DNA from: an uncultured bacterium
GTDB lineage: Bacteria; Verrucomicrobiota; Verrucomicrobiia; Verrucomicrobiales; DEV007
DNA length: 64,000 bases
Assembly: GCA_963977015.1 (NCBI GenBank)
Contig: CAXBMO010000013.1
Coordinates: 32,001 to 96,000, forward strand
Direction of reading: 5' to 3'
Below the pieces are notes generated by a model. The model saw only the letters and a program-made list of their open reading frames with translations, searched no databases and had not been told where the DNA came from. Made by a program: the position numbers and the translations under genes. Positions 40,538 through 49,600 of this stretch are shown one piece after another (position 1 is the first letter of the stretch; the number at the start of each line of letters is the position of its first letter).

Positions 40538-41146
40538 TTAGAAGCAGACTTCGACCTCGATAAAGCGTCGAGGTTCTCTGCCATATTCTGCCGAAATCTG
40601 TTGGAGCGTTTTCCATCTCGTCTCGTGAAACGGACTTTCGAATTGTGGCTTTTCAGCGGGTAATTGGGTAAGGACGTCTTTGCGGATCATCATCGCCCGA
40701 ACCTTTCGTTGGCGAATTTCCGGAGCTTCTTCACTTGTCAGGCAAACCAGGTATTTCTCGGTGAGAAGCGCTTCGCCGGCATCGCGCTTCAAGTAACCAG
40801 CCGCAAAATGCTCTGAAATTTCATTGAGAACGGAATTCAGGTAGAACCAGTATTCATCAATCGGCAGATCGAGAATGCTATCATTCGAATTGGTTCGGCG
40901 AGCGGCTTCAGTAACAGCCTGCGTCGTCGCTGCATTGAGAAAAACCTCTTCACAACTCTTCTCCACGAGTGTTCGGATCTTGAGTTTTCCGTCCCTGAGT
41001 ATGTTCAGCGAAACGTTCAAGCGATCATAGAATTCGCGCTTTGCCCATTTGCGTTTGGCGCGATGCATTCCGATTGCCCAACCCGCACCCAGGAAAATCA
41101 GCGACGTGGTTAATTCAAACCAATATTCTTTTAGGAGTTCAATCAT
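40538..41146 (-). CDS. Hypothetical protein with N-terminal membrane anchor
   Basis: 202-aa ORF filling the gap, one N-terminal TM. Confidence 0.65.
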   Translation of the reverse strand: MIELLKEYWFELTTSLIFLGAGWAIGMHRAKRKWAKREFYDRLNVSLNILRDGKLKIRTLVEKSCEEVFLNAATTQAVTEAARRTNSNDSILDLPIDEYWFYLNSVLNEISEHFAAGYLKRDAGEALLTEKYLVCLTSEEAPEIRQRKVRAMMIRKDVLTQLPAEKPQFESPFHETRWKTLQQISAEYGREPRRFIEVEVCF

Positions 41147-41229
41147 GAAGGGAAGATGAATTTGAACTTAAACGGAAAGAATCAGAGCTGCCCAGACAAA
41201 CTTTCTTCTTCTGGCGAACTTTGTGCGAT

Positions 41230-42363
41230 TCATTTCGGGGCGCTTTTGAAGGCATAGATGCCTCCGTCTTGCCCGTTGATCACCAAATAGCCGTTGGAGA
41301 TGGCCGGGGATGCGTTGAGCCGGGCCCCAATTTCGTAGCTCCAGAGCTCAGAGCCGTCGTTGGGATTGATTGCGTAAAGTCGTCCGTCGTCGGAACCGGT
41401 AAAGATTGCGGTTGGAGTCACCACCGGGGAGCTGTCGATCCCCCGTCGCGCGGTGAAATCCCAAATCAGCTCTCCCGTCGAGCGATCGATGCTGCGGAGT
41501 TTCTTGTCGCGACCGCCGATGATGACTCGGTCTTCAGTGACTGCGGGGGAAGCAATGAATTCGGTTCCTTCAGCGTCGTGAGTCCACGCTCGCTCGCCGG
41601 TCTTCAAATCAATCGCGACGACTTCACCGGCGTAGTGCGCCACATAGGCAATTTGATCCTTCACGGCGCAGGAATTTGCCATATAGGCTCCAATCTCGAT
41701 TTCTTTGGCTGACGTCCCCGTATTGGCATCTATCAGACGCAAAATCTCGTCACATCCCCCCATGATGACGACTCCGGATTCGGTATCCACGCTGGGAGCT
41801 CCGCGAATGTAATTTCCGGTTTCAACGGCCCAGACTTGCTCACCGGTTTTTGCATCAATCCCGTGAAGGAAAAAATCGTCACTGCCCACGAGAACGAGCT
41901 CTCGTCCTTCGGAGGTGACGTGAGTGTTGAGTCCGCCCACGATGCTGTCATCCGTTTCATAACGCCAGACTTCGGCGCCGGAATCTTGCCTGAGGCCAAA
42001 GACGATTCCGTCCGAATCGCCAAAGCAAACCAATTCGCCCACGAGACAGGCGGGGCCCTCGACTCCAAATGCGGTTTCAAACTTCCAAAGCACTTCTCCG
42101 CTCTTGAGATCCAGGCAGTAAAAATACTTGTCAAACGAACCGACGAAAACGCGATCTTGACTGATCACTGCCGTGGCGGGTACCGGTGCTTCAGCCAAGA
42201 AATCCCAAGCCAATTCCAGGGGCAATTTGAGATCCTCTTCGCTGACTCCCAGCATGTTTGGATCACCCCGGAAGAGTGGCCATGAGGAAGGGGGGGCCGA
42301 TTCCGCCAAAAGAGGATTCAAGAAACCGGTGGAAAAAAGAAGGAGGATGGAGATGAATCTCAT
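41230..42363 (-). CDS. PQQ-like beta-propeller repeat protein (BamB-like)
   Basis: Signal peptide, WPLFRG, repeated D..TG...W blades, SSPV/ASPA motifs. Confidence 0.88.
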   Translation of the reverse strand: MRFISILLLFSTGFLNPLLAESAPPSSWPLFRGDPNMLGVSEEDLKLPLELAWDFLAEAPVPATAVISQDRVFVGSFDKYFYCLDLKSGEVLWKFETAFGVEGPACLVGELVCFGDSDGIVFGLRQDSGAEVWRYETDDSIVGGLNTHVTSEGRELVLVGSDDFFLHGIDAKTGEQVWAVETGNYIRGAPSVDTESGVVIMGGCDEILRLIDANTGTSAKEIEIGAYMANSCAVKDQIAYVAHYAGEVVAIDLKTGERAWTHDAEGTEFIASPAVTEDRVIIGGRDKKLRSIDRSTGELIWDFTARRGIDSSPVVTPTAIFTGSDDGRLYAINPNDGSELWSYEIGARLNASPAISNGYLVINGQDGGIYAFKSAPK

Positions 42364-42492
42364 GAAATGAGGGGCTATTTCGGAAGAAATTCAGTCAATG
42401 AAGAACCAATTGGACAATCAACAACCGAAAGAACGAACTTCGCACTTTTGGTTGGACTTCAGATGGGTATCATTACTTTATAATCTCTGCGC

Positions 42493-43029
42493 ATGAATGA
42501 TGATAGTCAGAGCGATCTTCCCCCGATTCCGGAGGAATTGCATTCAGAATACGAAGAGCGCCCTTTTCGTTGTTGCACAAGGTGTGGGGAGACGTTGGCC
42601 GATTTTGAAGAGGGCTATCGAATTTCCAAAGTGATCAAAAGTGGCGAAGTCATTTTTGAATATGCGCTTTGCTTCCCGTGCATGGAGCGAATGATGGAGG
42701 AGAGCAGTGAGGAATCGCAACAACGGCTCATGGAGTTTCAGAACGAGCGGATGCGTGAAGACGTTTCCGGAACCTACGAGTGCGCCCTTTGCGATCACAC
42801 CAGAGATACCCTGAAGCCGCCTGAATTTGCATTGGTTGCGGGATGTGTTGGTTCGGGGCTGTTAGATTCCCATCTCGTCTGCATTCACTGCATGGAAGAG
42901 ATGAGTGCCTTGGTGAGCGAAAAGACTCGTAATCAGTGGAATCGATTCGTTGAAGAAAACTTCCCTGGGGTTCCGTCCGATTTTGTGCCGACCCCAACGG
43001 AGGGAAGCCCTTCGCCAATCTTTATGTGA
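42493..43029 (+). CDS. Hypothetical acidic Cys-rich protein with four CxxC motifs
   Basis: CTRC, CFPC, CALC, CIHC. Confidence 0.7.
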   Translation: MNDDSQSDLPPIPEELHSEYEERPFRCCTRCGETLADFEEGYRISKVIKSGEVIFEYALCFPCMERMMEESSEESQQRLMEFQNERMREDVSGTYECALCDHTRDTLKPPEFALVAGCVGSGLLDSHLVCIHCMEEMSALVSEKTRNQWNRFVEENFPGVPSDFVPTPTEGSPSPIFM

Positions 43030-43906
43030 TTTTTCCCCAACGTCGAATGTTCGGCAAGGTGCGATACAGGAGGTGATGGAATACCTGTCTGGGAAAAAAA
43101 CGTCGCATCATGGAGAATAGATGAGCATCCAGGGTCACCGGAACTCTCAGGGGCGGGTTGTTCCTTTTCATGACGTTATGAATCCGTTTTGCCACGCTTT
43201 GGGGAGTGGCAATAGCCTGATTCATAAAGCGGGCAATCAATCGATCCATCTGCAGATAGTGCTGATAATAGGCATCATCCGGGGATTCGAATGCCTGCTG
43301 ACTGGCTTCTGTCATCCTCGTGTTTTGAAAGGAATCGGACCGGATGAAGCCGGGTTGAACCAGCGAAACATGAATGTTCCAGGGGCGCGTTTCATACCAC
43401 AGGGCCTCAGTTACCCCTTCAAGTGCCCATTTTGAGGCGGAATACGGTGCCATGGTGGGCATCGCCAACATGCCGCTCACCGATGAAACGTTGATGATTC
43501 GCCCGTTACGTTGCGAACGCATCCAGGGGAGAACCAGCCGAATCAATTGGAGTGGTGCCTCGAAATTGATTTCCATCTGACGCTCAAGCTCAGAGTGACC
43601 CAAATGTTCGACAACGGAGCGGTAGGCGACCCCGGCATTGTTCACCAGAATATCGACCCCTCCCCAACGGTCCTCGATTTCGCGAATCACCTCGCGGCGC
43701 TCATCATCCGTATTCACGCGCATGGGACGAATGATCACACGGTTGCATTCGGAAAAACCCTCTTCATCAAAGCGAGACAATGAACTATCTCGGGCAGTCA
43801 GGACGAGTCGATAGTCGGAATGGGAAACCAACCGATGGGCAAGGGCTAAGCCCAAGCCGGTACTGGCTCCGGTAATCAACACAGTCTGTACGGACGACTC
43901 AGCCAT
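43022..43906 (-). CDS. Short-chain dehydrogenase/reductase
   Basis: TGASTGLG, NNAG, SS, YSASK, PG. Confidence 0.93.
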   Translation of the reverse strand: MAESSVQTVLITGASTGLGLALAHRLVSHSDYRLVLTARDSSLSRFDEEGFSECNRVIIRPMRVNTDDERREVIREIEDRWGGVDILVNNAGVAYRSVVEHLGHSELERQMEINFEAPLQLIRLVLPWMRSQRNGRIINVSSVSGMLAMPTMAPYSASKWALEGVTEALWYETRPWNIHVSLVQPGFIRSDSFQNTRMTEASQQAFESPDDAYYQHYLQMDRLIARFMNQAIATPQSVAKRIHNVMKRNNPPLRVPVTLDAHLFSMMRRFFPRQVFHHLLYRTLPNIRRWGKIT

Positions 43907-43991
43907 TTTCTACCGCATTCTCTGGGATATCGCGTGTCAAGTTGAGCAAAAAAACTTCCTAAATTGCGATTGTGTGTATGTTAGCCGTGCC

Positions 43992-44285
43992 ATGAACAAG
44001 GGAGAAAAAGTCGTCTGTATCAACGATAAATGGGAACCATGGGTGTTCGACACCTACAATCAGCTTCCGGAAAAGGGAGAGGTTTACACGATTCGTTCGG
44101 TGCGCCCCGGCCGTCCTGATCTAGGCGGCGGAGCTGCCGTTTTGACGCTTTTGCTCGAAGAACTACACAACGATATCGATTTTACCCACATTGGTGGAGA
44201 CGAGCTCGGATTTAAGGCGAATCGCTTCGCCCCGATGAGTTCCATAGCCATGGAGCGTCACGAGGAAGAGGCGGCGACGATCTAG
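43992..44285 (+). CDS. Small hypothetical protein
   Basis: ATG 43992; MNKGEKVVCIND...PEKGEVYTIR...GFKANRF. Confidence 0.6.
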   Translation: MNKGEKVVCINDKWEPWVFDTYNQLPEKGEVYTIRSVRPGRPDLGGGAAVLTLLLEELHNDIDFTHIGGDELGFKANRFAPMSSIAMERHEEEAATI

Positions 44286-44381
44286 ATTTCTTGATCCGGC
44301 GGCATCAAATTGCGCACAACTTTATTATTCTTAGGTAAAATCGGCGATTGATTACGTCGAAATGTCGCTAATCTTTGTCAA

Positions 44382-45512
44382 GTGTCGCGCCAAGTACCAA
44401 AATTGCTTCTAATTTCCGCAATCAGTCTAATTACTGGCTGCGTAACCACTCCCCGTTATAAGGATCTATTTGAGCCTCTGAACCGGATGAACGTTTCAGC
44501 AAGTGTGCTGAACGAATTTCCGATCTCCCTGGTGGATCGACAGACTGGGAAGCCTGCGACCAACGCCAGATTGATTCTCGATACCAAACCCGAACCGATT
44601 GTGCTTCGCAGTGATTCGTCGGGTCAGGTCATGGTTCCAGTGACGAGGGATTTGCTGGCGGTAAATCCCGTCATGAGGGCTGAGCCTGCTGGGATTGACA
44701 CCGTTGTCAGCCTTACGGCAACGATTCACGGCCAAATCGAGGACGTGGAAGTCAGTTCGGCACTCGAACTCAAGAAAATTGGAGATGCAAATGTTGCGGT
44801 ATTTTCCGAACCGGAAGACGCGGCCCTTGCGCGGAAAGTCTTGGCTGAACTGATGCGGGCCCGAAAAGAAGTTCGGAGACTGCTGGGCTTGGAGCCTGAG
44901 CGCTGGGCTGTAATTGTGGGGCCAAAGCGAAAGCGCGATGTGCTTTATATGACGGTGCCCGCCTCCGGTTATGAATCAACTTGGATGTGTTTTCGCGAAG
45001 AATGGGAAACGGGTGAGTTTATGCGGACCAATGTTCATGAGTGGGTTGAATCGACGATTGAGTCGCGACTTGCGCTTTATAGTGATCCGAGAAACCGCTT
45101 CATCGGGGACGGTCTGGCCGAATACGCAAGCTGGCGTCTCTATGGCTTGGGGCCGGAATATCGGGACCGGCTTTCGCCAGCGGCCGTTCCACAAGAAACC
45201 GTTGATCTCTTGACCGCTTTTCAGGCCGTTCCGGGAAGTGCCTTTCATCGGCGCAAATTTGATCGTGGAATCGCGAAACATGGTTACAGCCCCGGTTACG
45301 CGCTGGCCTTTGTCTTTTGGCACGATCTTCTCAAGGAGCACGGCACTCAAGTTCCAGCTCGAATGGTGGCGAATCTCGCGCAACAAAGGCCCGTTACCGT
45401 TGAGCGTGCCATTGCAACGCTTGAAGCGATTACGGGTGAGCAAGGTCTGGAGGAGCAGTTGCGAAACAGCAACGTCGCAGACGCTCGCAATACCATCGCG
45501 CGACTCCGTTAG
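44382..45512 (+). CDS. Lipoprotein with gluzincin-like (peptidase MA-like) domain
   Basis: Lipobox ITG-C; VHEWVE ... FIGDGLAEY ... GYALAF. Confidence 0.6.
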   Translation: MSRQVPKLLLISAISLITGCVTTPRYKDLFEPLNRMNVSASVLNEFPISLVDRQTGKPATNARLILDTKPEPIVLRSDSSGQVMVPVTRDLLAVNPVMRAEPAGIDTVVSLTATIHGQIEDVEVSSALELKKIGDANVAVFSEPEDAALARKVLAELMRARKEVRRLLGLEPERWAVIVGPKRKRDVLYMTVPASGYESTWMCFREEWETGEFMRTNVHEWVESTIESRLALYSDPRNRFIGDGLAEYASWRLYGLGPEYRDRLSPAAVPQETVDLLTAFQAVPGSAFHRRKFDRGIAKHGYSPGYALAFVFWHDLLKEHGTQVPARMVANLAQQRPVTVERAIATLEAITGEQGLEEQLRNSNVADARNTIARLR

Positions 45513-45585
45513 GTAGGAAATCGCCGGAGGCAGGTGGAAACTCCGCTGGAAAATGGGGCGAAACTGACGTTGTTTGGCAACAACG

Positions 45586-46488
45586 ATGTCTGCCCGCCCC
45601 AAAATTGATCCGGAACTCCATCAGGCTAAAAAGCCGAGCTGGATTAAAGTGCGTTTGCCCAACAATCCGGTTTTTTGGTCCACCAAATCCCTGATTTCCG
45701 ATTTGCGACTTCATACGGTTTGCGAAGAGGCGCAGTGCCCAAACCGCTGGGAATGTTGGGGACAGGGAACGGCCACATTCATGATCGCTGGAGATCGTTG
45801 CACCCGTGCCTGTGGGTTCTGCGCCGTCAAGACCGCGAAACCTTTTGCGCTTGAAATCGATGAACCCGACCGTGTTGCTGAAGCGACTTCAAGAATGAAT
45901 TTAAATCACGTCGTCATTACAGCGGTTGCCCGTGATGACGTCGCAGATGGGGGCGCAGACCATTTTGCCAAGACCATCGAAGCGATCCGGGCGAAAAATC
46001 CGGAGCTGGTAATTGAAGTTCTTGTACCCGATTTCAACGGCAAAGATGATGCACTCCAAGTGGTCATGGATGCCCGTCCCCACATCTTCAATCACAATCT
46101 CGAAACTATCGAACGTCTCACCCCCTTGGTGAGGTCTCGGGCCAAGTATTCCCGATCGCTTGAGGTGCTGCAACGAGCCAAGGAAATGGTCCCGTCTGTG
46201 GCAACGAAAAGCGGTCTCATGTTGGGACTGGGGGAAACTGAAGAAGAGTTGTTTCAGGCGATGGATGACTTGCTGGAACATCAGGTCACCGTTTTGACAT
46301 TGGGACAGTATTTGCGCCCGTCGGAATCTCATCTTCCGGTCGTGGATTACATCCACCCCGACAAGTTCGCCGAATACAAAGTCGTAGCTGAGCAAAAAGG
46401 CTTTGTCCATGTGGCCTCGGGCCCGCTGGTTCGCAGTTCCTACCACGCGGCAGATTTCCGCCCTGAATTGGACGCGGTTTCGCAGTAA
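45586..46488 (+). CDS. lipA: Lipoyl synthase
   Basis: CEEAQCPNRWEC, CTRACGFC, NHNLET, GQYLRP, VRSSY; ATG 45586. Confidence 0.97.
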   Translation: MSARPKIDPELHQAKKPSWIKVRLPNNPVFWSTKSLISDLRLHTVCEEAQCPNRWECWGQGTATFMIAGDRCTRACGFCAVKTAKPFALEIDEPDRVAEATSRMNLNHVVITAVARDDVADGGADHFAKTIEAIRAKNPELVIEVLVPDFNGKDDALQVVMDARPHIFNHNLETIERLTPLVRSRAKYSRSLEVLQRAKEMVPSVATKSGLMLGLGETEEELFQAMDDLLEHQVTVLTLGQYLRPSESHLPVVDYIHPDKFAEYKVVAEQKGFVHVASGPLVRSSYHAADFRPELDAVSQ

Positions 46489-46558
46489 ACTGCCGGCTCA
46501 GCGGTATTTTGAGCATTCAGCAGTATTTGAGCATCGAAGCTCGATGCCTTCCCTCCAC

Positions 46559-46590
46559 AAAAAAAGCCCGGAGTCTCTCGACCCCGGGCT
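46559..46590 (-). terminator. Intrinsic terminator downstream of the PKS-NRPS
   Basis: AGCCCGG(46565-71)/CCGGGCT(46584-90) stem with A7 at 46559-65 (T7 on the minus strand). Confidence 0.7.
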
Positions 46591-46618
46591 CAATTAAGTT
46601 TTCTGGGCGAAGCTTACC

Positions 46619-49600
46619 CTAGGTTAGGGCGTTCTTAGGCTTGACCTTTGCAAACGTGGCCACTCGCTCGGGATCGAGGAAGTAGCGATGCATCTGGAGC
46701 CGCGCTGGTTTGAACCCGCGTTTGGCGAGATACTGGTAGTGTGCGAGAACGTCCTTTGGAGAAACCGGCCCCAACGTTGGCTTCACATCGGCTTGCATGC
46801 TGGTGAGCAAGCTGACGACGATACATCCGGTGATTTCTTTCGGATCACGCCCTGCCAACAGACTGATGTGACGGCTGTCGACAAGGGTGGAAAGTTCCTG
46901 GGCCATATTGGGCAGGTAAATCGTCTCCCTGATGTCTTCGTCCAGGTGCAGCTCACCCCCTGTTGTGAACAGGATGTCGTTGCGCTCTTCAAACCGCTTC
47001 ACAGCATCAGCAATCCGGAAACTTGGCGGGAAGCTGTAGTCAACAATGACCGTCCCGGGATTCAACTTGGAGATATCCAAGATTCCTGGGATGCTCGTGG
47101 TTCCAACGACGAAGGTCGCACCGTAGACTGAGGCTGGGAGGCCTCCGCCATTGGGATGAACCGTAATCTGGCCGTTGTAGCCGGTTTGCTTCACTTCCCG
47201 ACGAATCATGTCGAGTTGCTCAGCGCTCATGTATGGGTCGCAAAGGAGGATTTCCTTGGGATGCGGAAGCACTTCCAACGCAAGCTTGACGGTGCCCATG
47301 CCGATGGAGCGAAGGCCAACAAAGGCGACTCGTTCATCCGCGAACTTACGGTCCGTTTGCTCAAGCGTTCCCTCAATGGTCTTGATGATGGTTGCGGTTC
47401 GGGTCGCGTCACCTGTGGTGATCGCCGGAAGTTCGACACCATCGTCAAACCAGGTTTGAATCTCGCGACCATAGTCGGTTGCACTCGGCAGCATTCCCGT
47501 CAGGGAAACGGTCTTGGCTCCCATCTTGGAAGCCATTTCCAAACCGTGTGTGATGGATTTCCGTAAACGGGCTTCATCCTTGAAGATATCCAACTCGAAG
47601 GTCGGAAGAACGATCAAGCCAATCTTACCGAACGGAAGCTCATAAACGTTTCCAAGGCGTGGTTCGTGCTTGAACCACTGCCCGACCATCTCTTCGCGGC
47701 TCATTCCGGTAATGCCCGCAAAAGCATCGGGAATGCACGCGAGGGCGACCGCGTCCACTTGAGGCAGGGCAGAGCCTTCCTCGACAAACTCGACACTCAG
47801 ATGTGTCGAACTGGCAAGTTTCTCAAGATGGCTGAGATCGAACGCCGTTTCTTCCTGGCTCTCATCGGAGTGCAGATAATTGGCGAGTTGCTCGATGGTT
47901 GGAAAGCGCAGAAACGCTTCGACTGGGATGTCGCGATTGAACGCCTCACTGGCTTGAGCCAGAACCCGGACCGCCAGGAGTGAGTCACCACCCATTTCGA
48001 AGAAGTTGTCTCGAATTCCGAACTTCTCAGTTTCGAAAGCCTCGGTGAAAATATCGGCGAGGAGCTGTTCGCTCTCCGTCTGAGGCGCAACGTATTCCGT
48101 TTCCAGACCAGAACGGTCAATTTGCGGAACGGGTAGGCGTTTCCGGTCGACTTTCTTATTCGGGGTCAGAGGGTATTCGTCGACGATGCTGTAGAAAGCG
48201 GGGCGCATACTTTCCGGGAGGCGATCCGACAAATGAGCTCGAAGATCGGGAATCAATCCGTCGGTCTCACCATTCGGAATCACGTAGGCCACCAGGTTGG
48301 GTCCACCGGGTAAATCATCCCGGCGAATGACCACAGCTTGTTTGACTCGGGAAGAATCCACGAGGTGAGCTTCGATGTCGTCCAGTTCCATCCGGACCCC
48401 GCGAAGTTTGATCTGGAAGTCCGAACGGCCCAGGCACTCAAGCTTGCCGTCTTGAGTCCAGCGAGCGAGGTCACCGGTATTGTAAACCCGCTCCTTCTCC
48501 CCGTTGGGAAGCGTGATGGTTCCAAATCGGTCCATCGTCAGATCAGGCTTCTCGTGGTAGCCGCGGGCCAGTCCTGCTCCACCGATGTAGAGATTGCCCA
48601 CAAATCCGGCGGGAACCGGCTTCTCGTTATCATCGAGAATGTAAATGGAGGTGTTCGCGATCGGGCGACCAACCGAGATGGTTTCATCGCCGGCTTCGAC
48701 TTTTTCCACGGTTGACCACACGGTGGTCTCGGTTGGACCGTAAAGGTTCCAAACTTGACCCGCACGCTCCAACAGTTGGGTTGCCAGACCGCGTGAGAGT
48801 GGTTCGCCTCCGGAAAAGACTCGCAGGCTTTCCTTACCGTTCCAGCCACCTTCGATCAACATCTGCCAAGTCGCCGGAGTGGCCTGCATGACCGTGATAT
48901 CGAACTCTTCCAGCATGTGACCAAGATGGCGCCCGTCTTTGACCTCATCCCGGCTTGCAATCACCACTTCACCACCTGAAAGCAGCGGAAGGTACAGTTC
49001 GAGCAAGGAGATATCGAAGCTCAGGGTCGTGACGGCCAAAAGGCGGTCATTTTCGTCCATGCCAGGAGTGATCTGCATCGACGTGAGGAAGTTCACGGCA
49101 GCACGGTGCGAAATCTCGACGCCTTTAGGCGTTCCTGTGGAGCCCGAAGTATAAATGATGTAGGCCAGAGATTCTGCTGAAAGCTGTGATATCGAGGGCG
49201 ATTCATCGGTCGGAGTAACATCCTCCAAACAAATTACCATCCAATCGCCGTCCGGGAGTCCCTTCTGTAGCGAACGCTGGGTTACGATCACATCAGGCTT
49301 TGCATCCTGCAGCATCTGTTCGAGTCGATAGGCCGGAAACTCCGGATCCATCGGCACGTAGCAGGCACCTGACTTCAGGATTCCCAGCGTGCCGACGACC
49401 ATGTCGCAGGAACGCTCCGTCAAAAGGGCAACCGGCTGATCGGGACCAACTCCAACATCCGCCAACTTTTGCGCAAGCCCGTCAGCTTTCCGGTCGAGTT
49501 GGTTGTAGGTCAACGTGTCGCCACCGCAGCGAATTGCGATTTTGTCAGGCGTTTGAGTCACGGCATCCGCCACCAATTCATGGAGCAGACTTTCCTCTGG

